From: Taibaiella sp.
Lineage (GTDB): Bacteria; Bacteroidota; Bacteroidia; Chitinophagales; Chitinophagaceae
Direction of reading: 5' to 3'
Assembly (NCBI GenBank): GCA_014377675.1
Contig: JACMPD010000258.1
Span: 751-64,750 of the forward strand
DNA: 64,000 nucleotides
The translations under genes and the position numbers were made by a program. How positions within the stretch are numbered: the first letter of the stretch is position 1; the number at the start of each line of letters is the position of its first letter. The notes beneath the pieces were generated by a model. It was not told where the DNA came from. It ran no database searches and saw nothing but the letters and a program-made list of their open reading frames with translations. Below, piece after piece: positions 49,601 to 59,456 of the stretch.

Positions 49601-50371
49601 TTCATGTTGCGCCGCACCAAAGAACAAGTAGCCAAAGACCTGCCTGAAAAGACAGAAACAATTATGTACTGCGAAATGGGGCCTGAACAGCGCCGGATCT
49701 ATGACGCATACAAAAATACATACCGTTCCAAGATATTGGGCATTATAGAAGAGCGTGGCATGGAGCGTTCCCAGATGCACATTTTGCAGGGGCTTACCAA
49801 GCTCAGGCAGATTTGTGACTCACCGGCCATTATGAATGAGGAAGAGAAGTTCCCTAACCATTCCATAAAGCTTGATGAACTATCGCGAGAAATAACCGAG
49901 AATGTGGGTGATCACAAGGTGCTTATCTTCTCCCAATTCTTGGGTATGCTGGCGCTGATTAGGGAAAAAATGACGGAAGAAGGCATTCAGCACGTTTATT
50001 TTGATGGCAGCAGCAGCTCTGTGGAGCGGGAAAACGCGATTCAGGAATTTCAGAATAACCAGGAGTGCAGGGTGTTCCTTATTTCCCTCAAGGCGGGTGG
50101 TATAGGCCTTAACCTTACTGCGGCGGACTATGTTTACATCGTTGACCCATGGTGGAACCCAGCCGTAGAGCAGCAGGCCATTGACCGGACACACCGTATT
50201 GGCCAGACAAAAAATATATTCGCTTACAGGCTTATCTGTAAAGATACATTAGAAGAAAAAATGTTGCAACTACAGGAGCAGAAGCGTAGCCTCGCCAATG
50301 AGCTGGTGTCTGACGACAACGCGTTCATGCGCAAGCTTACCAAAGATGATGTTGCATTCCTATTCAGCTAA
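46628..50371 (+). CDS. SNF2-family helicase with N-terminal SWIM zinc fingers
   Basis: CQC...CRH and CSC...CIH SWIM motifs; LADDMGLGKT, LDESQ, SGTP, FSQF, SLKAGGIGLNLT, QAIDRTHRIGQ. Confidence 0.95.
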   Translation: MSLPAILKFVYNHGTEEVVRRGKKIFYSSGVQLLDVDHVIEQVRFRVRNDLYQNYYTVTINKFITTEDLSVRCQCPYNMGEICRHEVAGLFQLNDIIQSGFFENTEVSYDQKHTIVRMRQVSRQVLQIFTAPDVIDLAEDWVSEGRCVVKLGKTDKIEGDITEGTQVFHVIIKQNEERYFDTCCSCGESRFPLCIHKATLFVQLLKKHGPQYFQAMQNWDVQKNKLLEQYGYSLDDNLKGKFTFTYENGKPFLRVLDTSIKKISLAGAPPKPVVAPQVEIPVLAQEQKRLGMVLDTSLTNFPYVDVMLIEGLTDEEGENYISKLEKLELTQYISPMRFREPERDLLDAARKLMPDKLIEYLKKNLPFGDFLPEQESVLASEPPPDVKEQLWEYLLPKYQKMLARYASYPLLYEQKPSKALSSASLLEIAFADTTIHPQLEVKKKTKGYAVNLEWIIENTAVDYKKVKVINAALVLYEHKLYSIANLKELALAETFHPSGVIEIGKKAWEDFLVTKIMPWTKLVHVHFSEELIERVEKVKPVNIIYLQERENTFIIQPVFAYDGVEINPEYLGEVVQPHKGIVKIVQRNEEAELEFLEQLKTLHSDIQYNKKEHYYHLPGHAVLSNNWFFRFTEQAKEWGVELRGFDRLKNLRVNVHKAETIVQVVSGVDWFDTTVDLKFGDQSVSIIDVKKALAQKQNFVRLGDGSIGMLPEDWLKKYSLLLKVGETRGNKIRLKKFHFSVLDELLSEIDEEALLQELEIKKEKLENILDNDYSAIKPPEYLEAVLRPYQLAGFQWLKFLNEAGWGGILADDMGLGKTIQTLTFFQHYKNTHDKPKYLVVCPTTLMFNWENEINKFTPTITKFIHHGPKRAVSAQMFDEYDVIITTYGTMRSDIKMFKEINFDYVVLDESQSIKNPQSQVAKASLLLNSKNRLALSGTPLQNNTFDLYAQMNFLNPGMLGSREFFMSEFATPIDKFSEGEVKQQLKKLTYPFMLRRTKEQVAKDLPEKTETIMYCEMGPEQRRIYDAYKNTYRSKILGIIEERGMERSQMHILQGLTKLRQICDSPAIMNEEEKFPNHSIKLDELSREITENVGDHKVLIFSQFLGMLALIREKMTEEGIQHVYFDGSSSSVERENAIQEFQNNQECRVFLISLKAGGIGLNLTAADYVYIVDPWWNPAVEQQAIDRTHRIGQTKNIFAYRLICKDTLEEKMLQLQEQKRSLANELVSDDNAFMRKLTKDDVAFLFS

Positions 50372-50394
50372 ACTAAATAATAGATGTATCTACT

Positions 50395-50428
50395 AAAAAG
50401 CTACCATGTGCGCATGGTAGCTTTTTTT
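50395..50428 (+). terminator. Rho-independent terminator
   Basis: AAAAAGCTACCATG-tgcg-CATGGTAGCTTTTT perfect hairpin. Confidence 0.9.
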
Positions 50429-50438
50429 ATTACTTGCG

Positions 50439-50514
50439 GGTTGCCCCGTAGGTGGCAACAGGTTTGTAGCCCAACAATCGACTACACAACACAGTGTGCC
50501 GTAGGTGCACAACC
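50439..50514. repeat. REP-like pair of GTAG-centred palindromes
   Basis: GTTGCCCCGTAGGTGGCAAC and GTGTGCCGTAGGTGCAC share CCGTAGGTG; ends GGTTG/CAACC are complementary. Confidence 0.35.
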
Positions 50515-50535
50515 TAACTATATCGTATTTGTCTT

Positions 50536-51288
50536 CTAACTAATCTTCTTTTTGTGCTTACGTGATCGCAGGTTCAATGCTTCTACCAGCATAGCGAAAC
50601 CCATAGAAAAATAGATATATCCTTTTGGCAGTGCCTGGTCAAGACCTTCCATGAGCAGCGACACACCAATGAGCAAGAGGAAGGACAGAGCCAGCATCTT
50701 GACAGTGGGGTGGTTATTAACGAAATTGCTGATGCCGTTGGCTGCAAGCAACATAATAACAACCGCAATTACCACCGCAGCTATCATTACACCAACGTGA
50801 TTGGCCATACCTACCGCCGTGATTACAGAGTCAAGGGAAAAAACAATATCAAGCAACAATATCTGTACTATAGTTGCCTTAAAAGACATGGGTTTCTTGT
50901 CCTTTTCCTCCTCTTGATGTCCTTCTATTTTTTCATGTATCTCGGCGGTGCTTTTATATATCAGAAACAGGCCCCCTATAATCAGAATAAGGTCGCGGCC
51001 TGAAAGAGCCATCTTCTCTAATATTGCAGGCTCTTTAATTCCTACAAGTTCAGCAGGGTTAAAAAGTGTGTTTGTTAAGGTCATCACCCAGCTTATAGAG
51101 AGCAGTAAAAGTACACGCGTCAACATCGCCAGGCCCAAACCTATCTGCCGGCCGGCTTTCTGACGTTCGGGTGGCAGCTTTCCGGTGAGGATAGATATGA
51201 AAACGATGTTATCAATACCGAGTACTATTTCTAATACTGTAAGGGTGAGTAGTGAAATCCAGATGGAGGGATCTGATATCCAGGTCAT
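50536..51288 (-). CDS. TerC family membrane protein
   Basis: LEIVLGIDN, DIVFSLDSVITAVG, PKGYIYF motifs. Confidence 0.93.
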   Translation of the reverse strand: MTWISDPSIWISLLTLTVLEIVLGIDNIVFISILTGKLPPERQKAGRQIGLGLAMLTRVLLLLSISWVMTLTNTLFNPAELVGIKEPAILEKMALSGRDLILIIGGLFLIYKSTAEIHEKIEGHQEEEKDKKPMSFKATIVQILLLDIVFSLDSVITAVGMANHVGVMIAAVVIAVVIMLLAANGISNFVNNHPTVKMLALSFLLLIGVSLLMEGLDQALPKGYIYFSMGFAMLVEALNLRSRKHKKKIS

Positions 51289-51371
51289 TTGAAAGAGCCG
51301 AAGCCTGTTTTGTTCTGTTGCAAACTTAATAAAATACTCGTATTGTTGGTTGTGTGAGATAATATTTAAAT

Positions 51372-51405
51372 AAAAAGCGCCCTGCATATTGCTAAACAGG
51401 GCGCT
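51372..51405 (-). terminator. Rho-independent terminator
   Basis: AGCGCCCTG...CAGGGCGCT stem with an A tract on the left (U tract on the minus strand). Confidence 0.65.
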
Positions 51406-51428
51406 CCGTTAAATATTGCTGTTTAGTT

Positions 51429-54400
51429 TTACCTTATAAGTGTTACGGATCCTTTATGTGTTTGATTGGTGCCGTCAGTGTGTCCGCTGATCACTTCATA
51501 GAAATAAACGCCCATGTCCTGTGGTTCACCGTTGTGGTGGCCGTCCCAGCCTTTGGTCTTATCGGTAGTATGGAAAACCAGTTCACCCCAGCGGTTATAG
51601 ATATTAAACTCTACCAGTTTTTCATATTTGTATTGGGTTATATGGAAAACGTCATTCTTTCCGTCATTATTTGGCGAGAACGCAAGCGGGTAGTTGTCAT
51701 GATCATTGAATGTTACGTTAATGTCTACGATGGCTGAATCCCTGCAACCTTCTTCATTATAGCTATATACAATATAGCGGGTGGAGTCACGCGGGCTGGC
51801 AACCGGGTTATTGATGTTAGGGTTGTTAAGTGTGCCGTCATTAGGTGTCCAGTAATAGACGTGGCCACCCATTGCGTTCAGTTGAATACTGGCGCCGTAG
51901 GTTATAGTCTGGCTGGCTGTTACACCAGTAAGAAAGTATACCGGCGGCGTGGCTACCAGTGTAATGGTTTTGAAAGTGGAGTCATCATTACAAGAAAAAT
52001 TGATTCCATTTAGCTTCACCGTATAATTCTGGTTAAACTCAGCGGAAGGATAATAATGGACAAAGTTGCTCCTTGTATCATGTGAAACGTCGCCATCGCC
52101 AAAGTGCCAAGTGAATGAATCGCAGTTTTGAGATAGGTTAATGAATTCAACTGTATCTCTTGCGCAGCCATACTTTATGCTGTAGTCAAAATCGGTAATT
52201 GCGTTTGGCAATACATCAACTTTTATGGCCGCCCTCGGGCTTTCGCAGCCATTGATTGTTTGTGTCACGTACCAGAATGTGGTGCCTGCCGCTGCAGTAG
52301 ATGGTATGGGTGCCGCTGTGCTGCCTGTGCCGCCTGATGTGGTGGTGTACCACAACAGACCTGTGCCTGCCGCCGTAAGTGCAGCAGAAGTGCCCATAAG
52401 ACAATAACTAACCGGCGACGTAACCAGCGGAGCCGCCGGTATAGGGTTCACGTATACTGTGGCAATTCCTGTATTTACGCAGCCGTTAATATCAGTGCCC
52501 GTTACGGTATATGATGTGCTGTCGGTTGGTGTGGCTATAACTGAGCTGCCCGCACTGCTGCTTAGTGTGCCCGCCGGTGTCCAGGTATAGGTATTGGCGC
52601 CGCTTGCTATAAGTATGGTGTTGGTGCCATAGCATATTGTTGCGGTGGGTATTGTAATAGTTGGCAGCGGGTTTACGGTAACGGTAATGGCGGCAGTATT
52701 GGCGCAGCCGTTGGCGTCAGTACCGGTTATGGTATAGGTAGTGGTGGCTGATGGGTTAGCCGTTACTGTTGTGCCGGTTGTGGTACTCAGCGCGGTTCCA
52801 GGTGCCCATGTATAGTTAACCGCTCCGCCTGCTATAAGCACAGTATCGCCGCCTGTACAGTAAGCTGGCGCTGATGGGTTGCCGGTTACCGTTGGTACCG
52901 GATTTACTGTTATTGTGTGGGTTGTGTAGGCGGTGCCGCACGCGTTGGTGTAAGCATAGCTGATGGATACCGTGCCTGCCGATACGCCGGTTACCACACC
53001 TGATGATACTACCGCTATAGTGGAGCTGCCGCTTGTCCAAGTGCCACCGCTCACGGTTGCAGACAATGTAATGGACTGATATACACAGACCGTTGCAGGC
53101 CCTGAAAGGGTACCCGCATCAGGCAGCGGTAAAACAGTAATGCTGAAAGTAGCCACCGCAGTGCCGCAACTGTTGGTGACTGAATAGCTGATAACAGCAG
53201 TGCCAGTTGCAATACCATAAACTACTCCTGTTGATGATATGCTGGCTATGCCGGTGGACGCACTTGACCATGTGCCGCCGGTTACGGTTGAGCTGAGTGT
53301 TGTTGATGCACTCAGGCATACTGTGGCTGAGCCTGATAGGGTACCCGCATTTGGCAACGGGTTCACGGTAATGCTTGTTGTAACATAACAGCCGGTTGGT
53401 AGTGTATAGGTCACTGTCACTGTTCCCGCTGAAACGCCGGTTAATACGCCCGATGAGGAGCTTACAGTCGCCGCACTGCCCGAAGCAGTAGACCATGTGC
53501 CGCCTGATGCCGAATTAGTTAATGTGATAGTGGAACCAACGCAGACCACTGTTGGTCCGCCTATGGTTGCCGGTAAAGGGTTTACAGTTACCAGGCTGGT
53601 ATCGTAACAGCCGCCCGCTACGGTATAGGTGATAACAGCAGTACCCGCCGATACCCCGGTAACCGTACCTGTTGAGGCGCCTACTGATGCTACTGAAGTT
53701 GCGCTGCTGGTCCAGGTGCCGCCTGTCGCTGTGTTGCCAAGGGAAATAGTATTTCCCACGCAAACGGCAGTTGGTCCTGTAATAGGCGGTACGCTGCCTG
53801 AGGCTATTACGCTGATAAACGCGAAAGTACTGTCTCCGCAACCAAGTGCAACTGCTTTAAAAGTATGACTTCCGGCTGTTGACACTACCATAGAGTCACC
53901 GGTGCCGAGATAAGCGCCAGTGGTGCTGTCATACCAATATATAGCTGAAGAAGCCAATGGAACAGGCGAAAAAGGTACAGCACCTACTGAATAGGAGGCA
54001 AATGAAGAAGACGGTGTAAAGTGCCATGCCTCGTGTACAGCTGTCCAGGCAGTAGGGAAGTCCCTGCTTGGTGCTACTGTAGCAGCAGTGCCTGCCGCGT
54101 TCTGCACACCACAGATGGCATAGCCGCCATTCCAGCCGCTGCATATCGTTTTATACGAAATAAAAACATCTATAAGGTTAGTTGTTTCATATAGGACTAT
54201 CTGGGTGGTTGTATACTGGCTGGTACAACTAAACATGTGGGTAGCGCAGTAGTTCACAATGAATTTGCGGTAAGGGGCAGTGCCCACAGTGGCATAAGTA
54301 ATAGAGCCGCCATTGGTGATGTCAATATCGCACCAGGGCCCGCAGATGTTATTTCTCTTACTCGCATTGCCGAGCAATACGGCAGTTATGGGCCAGGGAT

Positions 54401-54689
54401 CAGAAGCGCCGGCGAGTGAAAGCGTAAAGCAAAGGGTACCGTTGGCGCCTATCAGCACCTGGCTGTTAGAAGTACCATAAAAGTTAAAGGACATACCCAT
54501 GGAGATGACACCGGAATAGATATCATCGGTTGTAATGCCAGAACTGGTAGGTGTATAGCCTGTCATTGCCGCATGAAGGGTAGCGGTGGCGGCGCCACAG
54601 GTGCCGGTATCAGCGGAAAGTACGATCTGTGATTGGGCGTTCCAGACTGCAAATAATAGAAATAAAGTTGTAAAATATAGTTTTATCAT
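51429..54689 (-). CDS. T9SS type B (gliding motility-associated C-terminal domain) protein with Ig-like and PKD repeats
   Basis: Signal peptide, Ig repeats, PKD 'WHFGDG', C-terminal 'AFSPNNDGKND...IYNRWG...GWDG...GSVTLIR'. Confidence 0.92.
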   Translation of the reverse strand: MIKLYFTTLFLLFAVWNAQSQIVLSADTGTCGAATATLHAAMTGYTPTSSGITTDDIYSGVISMGMSFNFYGTSNSQVLIGANGTLCFTLSLAGASDPWPITAVLLGNASKRNNICGPWCDIDITNGGSITYATVGTAPYRKFIVNYCATHMFSCTSQYTTTQIVLYETTNLIDVFISYKTICSGWNGGYAICGVQNAAGTAATVAPSRDFPTAWTAVHEAWHFTPSSSFASYSVGAVPFSPVPLASSAIYWYDSTTGAYLGTGDSMVVSTAGSHTFKAVALGCGDSTFAFISVIASGSVPPITGPTAVCVGNTISLGNTATGGTWTSSATSVASVGASTGTVTGVSAGTAVITYTVAGGCYDTSLVTVNPLPATIGGPTVVCVGSTITLTNSASGGTWSTASGSAATVSSSSGVLTGVSAGTVTVTYTLPTGCYVTTSITVNPLPNAGTLSGSATVCLSASTTLSSTVTGGTWSSASTGIASISSTGVVYGIATGTAVISYSVTNSCGTAVATFSITVLPLPDAGTLSGPATVCVYQSITLSATVSGGTWTSGSSTIAVVSSGVVTGVSAGTVSISYAYTNACGTAYTTHTITVNPVPTVTGNPSAPAYCTGGDTVLIAGGAVNYTWAPGTALSTTTGTTVTANPSATTTYTITGTDANGCANTAAITVTVNPLPTITIPTATICYGTNTILIASGANTYTWTPAGTLSSSAGSSVIATPTDSTSYTVTGTDINGCVNTGIATVYVNPIPAAPLVTSPVSYCLMGTSAALTAAGTGLLWYTTTSGGTGSTAAPIPSTAAAGTTFWYVTQTINGCESPRAAIKVDVLPNAITDFDYSIKYGCARDTVEFINLSQNCDSFTWHFGDGDVSHDTRSNFVHYYPSAEFNQNYTVKLNGINFSCNDDSTFKTITLVATPPVYFLTGVTASQTITYGASIQLNAMGGHVYYWTPNDGTLNNPNINNPVASPRDSTRYIVYSYNEEGCRDSAIVDINVTFNDHDNYPLAFSPNNDGKNDVFHITQYKYEKLVEFNIYNRWGELVFHTTDKTKGWDGHHNGEPQDMGVYFYEVISGHTDGTNQTHKGSVTLIR

Positions 54690-55175
54690 AATGTTCTTAT
54701 GCTTTTTTTCAATGACCAAAGCGGCTACATTTTTTAATATAAAAAAGGGCGGCAGTTCCTGCTTTCGTTGTTAGCCTCAAATGTAATCAATAAAATATAC
54801 TTGTCAAAACACATCCCGCTCCTGTTAAGACAGGGTAAAGCATTGTTTTGGTTTGGTTCTGGTTGAAAAATTATGATGGAAGTGGAATGGTGGTCTTATT
54901 TCAATGGCCGGTGCGAAGCGTAAATACTGGTGCTGGCATCCACATTTCACATAATGGCTCTGTGATTGCACCTATCGATGGTAGAGGATGGCATTTCAGG
55001 GCTTGGCTCCTGGCTACACGTGTCGAATTTGTGTTATGTCAGGCGCGCCTGATGGGCGACGTTCCTAAGCGGGAAATGGGCTTAAACGTTTATTGAACGC
55101 CTTGCACGCGTGCCAAATTTTTGATCTGCCATTATAACTATTTAAGCTATTTTCGCCCTTCACAAAGCTACGCTA

Positions 55176-56891
55176 ATGATTGTTATCCTGCTGGTTTGGG
55201 TATTTATATTCGTTTCTTCGTTTTCCTTCGGGCTTATCACGCGCAGGGTGCTGGGGGTGCTTACTGGTGGGGTTGCCCCCTTGTCCATCGCTTTTACTTC
55301 CGTAACTGGGCTGGCTACGCAGGTGGTGTTGCTCAGCTACTGCTCCCTGTTTATGCCCATTAGTAATATTGGGCTACTGGTGGGGGGCACGGCTGTTACG
55401 CTGGCTGCAACATGGTATTTCAGGAGCAGCTTTGCATCGGTGTGGGAAACCATAAAAACAACCTGGCAGACGACTGATCTATTGCACAAGCTGTTCATAG
55501 CTATTTTTTTTCTCTTTATATTAATCAAAGCTTCAGGGCAGGTTCAGAGCCTCGACTCGGGGTCTTACCACTTACCGTTCATTAAGTGGGTGGAGCAGCA
55601 CAAGCTCATAACAGGTTTGGGCAATGTGCATTCGCGGTTCGGGTTTAACTATCACTACCATATACTATACGCGTTTTATGGGCTGGCCGGCGTTTTTGGC
55701 ACCACCATACACGGGCTTAACGGCTACCTGTTTCTTATTGGGTTCGTTTATCTTTTTGGCATGTACGCTAAGCCGGGTCTGCATGTGTTCCACAAAGTGG
55801 CGGCTATCCTTGCCATGTTGTACATATCGCAGATCAACAAAGGCATGACTGGTTTTAGCCCTGATTTTCCAGTAGCTATAGTACAAATGATTATTGTATT
55901 TGAGTGCCTTAGAAACCTCACAGCCCGGCAGCAGCAAGCGGAAAGCAAGGCAGATGAAAACTATTTTTTACTCAGTATATTCTGGCTCACCTTTGGGGCT
56001 ATTACGCTGAAGCTGGCCACCGTATCGGTTATGTTCGTGGTGCTTATTGTGTTTGCCCGCAGGCTGTTCAGGCCGCAGATATTCTTATCACTTGTGGTTT
56101 TCGCAGGGTTAGTATTCTTCCCTTATTTTTTTCGCAACTATACCATAAGCGGCTACCTGGTGTACCCGTTTTACTCGGTCGATATTTTTAATGTGCCCTG
56201 GAAGATACCTATGGCTCGTACGGTTGATGAAAAAATAGTGATTAAAAATTTCGCACTGGGTTACCCTTATTATTATAAGGGCGCATATAACTATAACCTG
56301 GAGCTGTTTAAAACATGGATAAAAAACCTCGCCTATCTCAATAAAGCCTACCCTCCCATTATCGCTATAATAGCATTCTGTCTGATGGCTACAGTAATAA
56401 AATGGATCTGGCAGGTGGTTAGAAAAGGCGCTGCCGGACTGAAAAGCCCAGCTAATATCATATTGTTCGGCCTTGCGGCTGGTATCCTCTTCTGGTTTTA
56501 TAACGCGCCTGATCCGCGATTTGGAAATGGTATCATACTGCCCTTTATTGCAATTGTTTTGGGTGAAATGTTCATCAGCGCAGGCTTGACCCGGTGGGTA
56601 AAACCAATGGCTACAGTGGCCATGGTGGCTGTTATAGCGTCGTCGATACTGTCTTTATCAGGCATGGCTTTGTCGCAGACCGTTTACCAGACCAACTATG
56701 TAAGCATCAGCCTGCTGCTACAGGAAAAATACCCTGCGCCTGACACCACATCAAAAACCGTGGATCAATACCACACCTGGCTGAGCAAAGAGCGGTGCTG
56801 GGAATGCCCGCTCCCCTGCAGCTATACCTACGACTCCTTCCACCTCGCCGAACCGGGAAATATGGAAAAGGGTTTCTTGCCATGGCGGTAA
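55176..56891 (+). CDS. polytopic membrane protein (LIC_10190-like; possible GT-C fold)
   Basis: Many TM segments; 'DSGSYH', 'GLGNVHSRFGFN', 'SGYLVYPF', 'APDPRFG'. Confidence 0.7.
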   Translation: MIVILLVWVFIFVSSFSFGLITRRVLGVLTGGVAPLSIAFTSVTGLATQVVLLSYCSLFMPISNIGLLVGGTAVTLAATWYFRSSFASVWETIKTTWQTTDLLHKLFIAIFFLFILIKASGQVQSLDSGSYHLPFIKWVEQHKLITGLGNVHSRFGFNYHYHILYAFYGLAGVFGTTIHGLNGYLFLIGFVYLFGMYAKPGLHVFHKVAAILAMLYISQINKGMTGFSPDFPVAIVQMIIVFECLRNLTARQQQAESKADENYFLLSIFWLTFGAITLKLATVSVMFVVLIVFARRLFRPQIFLSLVVFAGLVFFPYFFRNYTISGYLVYPFYSVDIFNVPWKIPMARTVDEKIVIKNFALGYPYYYKGAYNYNLELFKTWIKNLAYLNKAYPPIIAIIAFCLMATVIKWIWQVVRKGAAGLKSPANIILFGLAAGILFWFYNAPDPRFGNGIILPFIAIVLGEMFISAGLTRWVKPMATVAMVAVIASSILSLSGMALSQTVYQTNYVSISLLLQEKYPAPDTTSKTVDQYHTWLSKERCWECPLPCSYTYDSFHLAEPGNMEKGFLPWR

Positions 56892-56981
56892 TAGCACACT
56901 TATGCCTATTTTTTAGCACAGTTATAACTCTTTTCTTCTCAGTCAGAATTAAGTTCATAATTTTAGTTATAAAAAATAATT

Positions 56982-59387
56982 ATGAAAAAATTGTTACACC
57001 TCTCGATGTTATTATTGTGTTGTTTACTTTACGTAAACTATTCCCATGGGCAGTGCCTGCAAATGATAAATAACCCATCGGACACTATGGGCTGGCTACA
57101 TGGTTCCAGCCGACCAAGCCATCCTGGTCACTACAATAATGACACATTTGTAATATGTAACTCGCAAAACAGTGAGAATAACTATCTCTACAATAGCTAC
57201 CCCGCTACCATTAATGGTACCGCATCCACTTTTAGTATGTCGTTTGACTTCCGCATTGACAGCAACCATTCTTGCTCTGACGGATTAACATTTTGGTTTT
57301 TTACCTCAGGTCTTTCTCAATTGGGAAGTGTAAGCAAAGAAGGTGGCAGTATGGGGTTCCCGGATACAACATCAGGTTTTGCTCTGTCGTTCAGAACGAT
57401 TGGTTGTGTTGATGAGATTTACATGAAAAAAATAAATTCTACCAGTTTTAATGCGCATTGGAGTACTGGTAATTTTCCCGGAGACACAAATATTTGTTCA
57501 AGGCTTACCAGTCAGATGTTTCTGACTGACTCACAATGGCATCATTGCATTGTTAATTATGATCATGGGAATATCACAACTTCTTTTGACGGCGGTAGGG
57601 TTACAATGTCAGGCTATTCTCCCATATATGGCACTGGTCATTTTGGATTCATGGGTACCAACGGTGGTGGATACAGCCGTAAATGTTTAAAAAATATACA
57701 ATTATGTGCCGGGTTAGGTACGCCGACTTTTGCCTCCGATAGTTTTGGCACTTATATCAACCGTTTATGCAACGGGCCGCAAATAACTGTTCAGACCAAT
57801 ACATATTCAAGTGCTTACCATGTCAAAACTTATTATGGTGACGGCACGAGTGACTCGGCAGTTATTCTACCTGCCATGACAGGCGGATATGCCATTCTAG
57901 CCCATAATTATTCAGCGCCGGGCAGCTATACTATAAGACAGAAGTTATTTAACGGAACAGCATTAATCGATTCCTTAACCCTCGCATATGAAAATATTTT
58001 CTGTGTAACATTACCGGTGAAGCTATACTACGATGTTAACAATAACTGTCTGCCTGAAGCCAGTGAACCTAATATCAGCCAGCCCGTAGTTGTAGAGATT
58101 GATTCTAATAGCATTCCGATTGATACAATATGTTCTACAAGCGGGTTTTATTACAATGCCCGGGGCACAATAGGTGATGTATATTCATTTAAAGTCTTGT
58201 CGGCTCCAGGTAATATGGCTGTGAGTTGCCCCTCCACAGGCATTCTTTATGATAGCCTTACCAGCGGTGTATTTATTTATCCAATCAAGTATTTCGGACT
58301 GAACTGTGCATCCGGAACTGCCTTTGACCTGTCAGTTCATGCAGTTATACCTGTAACAGGAGTCCATGACCAGTGGGCTAACGTCTATGTGCAAAACAGC
58401 TATTGCGCTCCCACCAACGGAACACTTACCCTTCACTACAGCCCAAAATATATGGGTACCCCAACACAAATAACGCCTTCAGCAACATCGGTTTCGGGCA
58501 ATACGATAGTATGGGATCTCAGTTCACTGTCTTCTACTGATGCGGCGCCGGTACGTATTCATTATGAAGCAGAACACGGCAGTACGCCATTAACTATCCG
58601 TGATACTGTGCATTCCTACTTTTCGCTATCTCCCATGGCGGGTGATACGGATACTACCAATAATACAATATTTCGTAACGATACAGTAAAGGCTGGCTGT
58701 GACCCCAATGAGATATGGGTGTCACCTGCTGACTGTATTGCCTCCGGTGTTGTCCCAACCTTACTACAATACACAATTAATTTTGAAAACACGGGAAATG
58801 ATACTGCATATAATATTTATGTAATGGACACTCTTTCTGACAACTTAGATGTGTCAACTATGAATATAATAATGAGCACTCATGAGATGTATCTGTCTAA
58901 ACTGAAAGACGCGGCGGGCCACATCATTTTAAAATTTGATTTCCCACATATCAATTTACTGGATAGTTCGCACCACGGTGCATGTGACGGTGGCCTTATC
59001 TATTCTATTAAATCGAAACCTGGTCTCGCCAACGGTACACAAATAAAAGGACGCGCCGGCATATACTTTGACGTGAACGGCGTAGTACTCACCAACCAGG
59101 TAATCAACGAAATAGGGTGTCCGGTAGTTAACATGGTGGGCAGTACAAGTATTGATAACACCCCAGAGGTGTACCCGAACCCGGCCACTGACGAGCTGAA
59201 TATACATACTACAGCAGGGCGCAACGTACAATACAGTATTACTAACAGCATAGGTACAACCCTGATGAGCGGTACATTAAAAGATGCGGATACAAAGCTA
59301 AATATTAAAGCATTAGCCGCAGGCATGTATTACATTAAAATTTCCGGCGACACTGGTGTTGTTGTAAAGAAATTTGTAAAAAGATAA
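56982..59387 (+). CDS. T9SS type A cargo with N-terminal lectin-like (ConA/L-type) domain and DUF7619-like domain
   Basis: Signal peptide; 'DGLTFWF', 'WHHCIVNY', 'FGFMGTNGG'; 'DPNE..V', 'YTINFENTGNDTA', 'IYFD'; VYPNPA CTD. Confidence 0.82.
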   Translation: MKKLLHLSMLLLCCLLYVNYSHGQCLQMINNPSDTMGWLHGSSRPSHPGHYNNDTFVICNSQNSENNYLYNSYPATINGTASTFSMSFDFRIDSNHSCSDGLTFWFFTSGLSQLGSVSKEGGSMGFPDTTSGFALSFRTIGCVDEIYMKKINSTSFNAHWSTGNFPGDTNICSRLTSQMFLTDSQWHHCIVNYDHGNITTSFDGGRVTMSGYSPIYGTGHFGFMGTNGGGYSRKCLKNIQLCAGLGTPTFASDSFGTYINRLCNGPQITVQTNTYSSAYHVKTYYGDGTSDSAVILPAMTGGYAILAHNYSAPGSYTIRQKLFNGTALIDSLTLAYENIFCVTLPVKLYYDVNNNCLPEASEPNISQPVVVEIDSNSIPIDTICSTSGFYYNARGTIGDVYSFKVLSAPGNMAVSCPSTGILYDSLTSGVFIYPIKYFGLNCASGTAFDLSVHAVIPVTGVHDQWANVYVQNSYCAPTNGTLTLHYSPKYMGTPTQITPSATSVSGNTIVWDLSSLSSTDAAPVRIHYEAEHGSTPLTIRDTVHSYFSLSPMAGDTDTTNNTIFRNDTVKAGCDPNEIWVSPADCIASGVVPTLLQYTINFENTGNDTAYNIYVMDTLSDNLDVSTMNIIMSTHEMYLSKLKDAAGHIILKFDFPHINLLDSSHHGACDGGLIYSIKSKPGLANGTQIKGRAGIYFDVNGVVLTNQVINEIGCPVVNMVGSTSIDNTPEVYPNPATDELNIHTTAGRNVQYSITNSIGTTLMSGTLKDADTKLNIKALAAGMYYIKISGDTGVVVKKFVKR

Positions 59388-59412
59388 AGTTCACGAGCTA
59401 TACAACGTCCTG

Positions 59413-59438
59413 AAAAGCCCCTGCACAAGGGGTTTTTT
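59413..59438 (+). terminator. Rho-independent terminator
   Basis: AAAAGCCCCT...AGGGGTTTTT. Confidence 0.75.
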
Positions 59439-59456
59439 AGTGCCTACCTTTGCCCC

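Noticed and set aside
48932-49780. 282-aa minus-strand ORF
   Set aside because: It lies entirely antisense to conserved SNF2 helicase motifs and has no recognisable features (shadow ORF).
51289-51371. Possible yybP-ykoY riboswitch upstream of terC
   Set aside because: The leader is short and AT-rich, and the conserved riboswitch elements could not be seen.
54848-55096. 82-aa ORF containing 'APIDG', considered as an exosortase (PID-type) substrate
   Set aside because: TTG start, no signal peptide, and no hydrophobic TM or basic tail after PIDG; it lies in a divergent promoter region and is probably non-coding.
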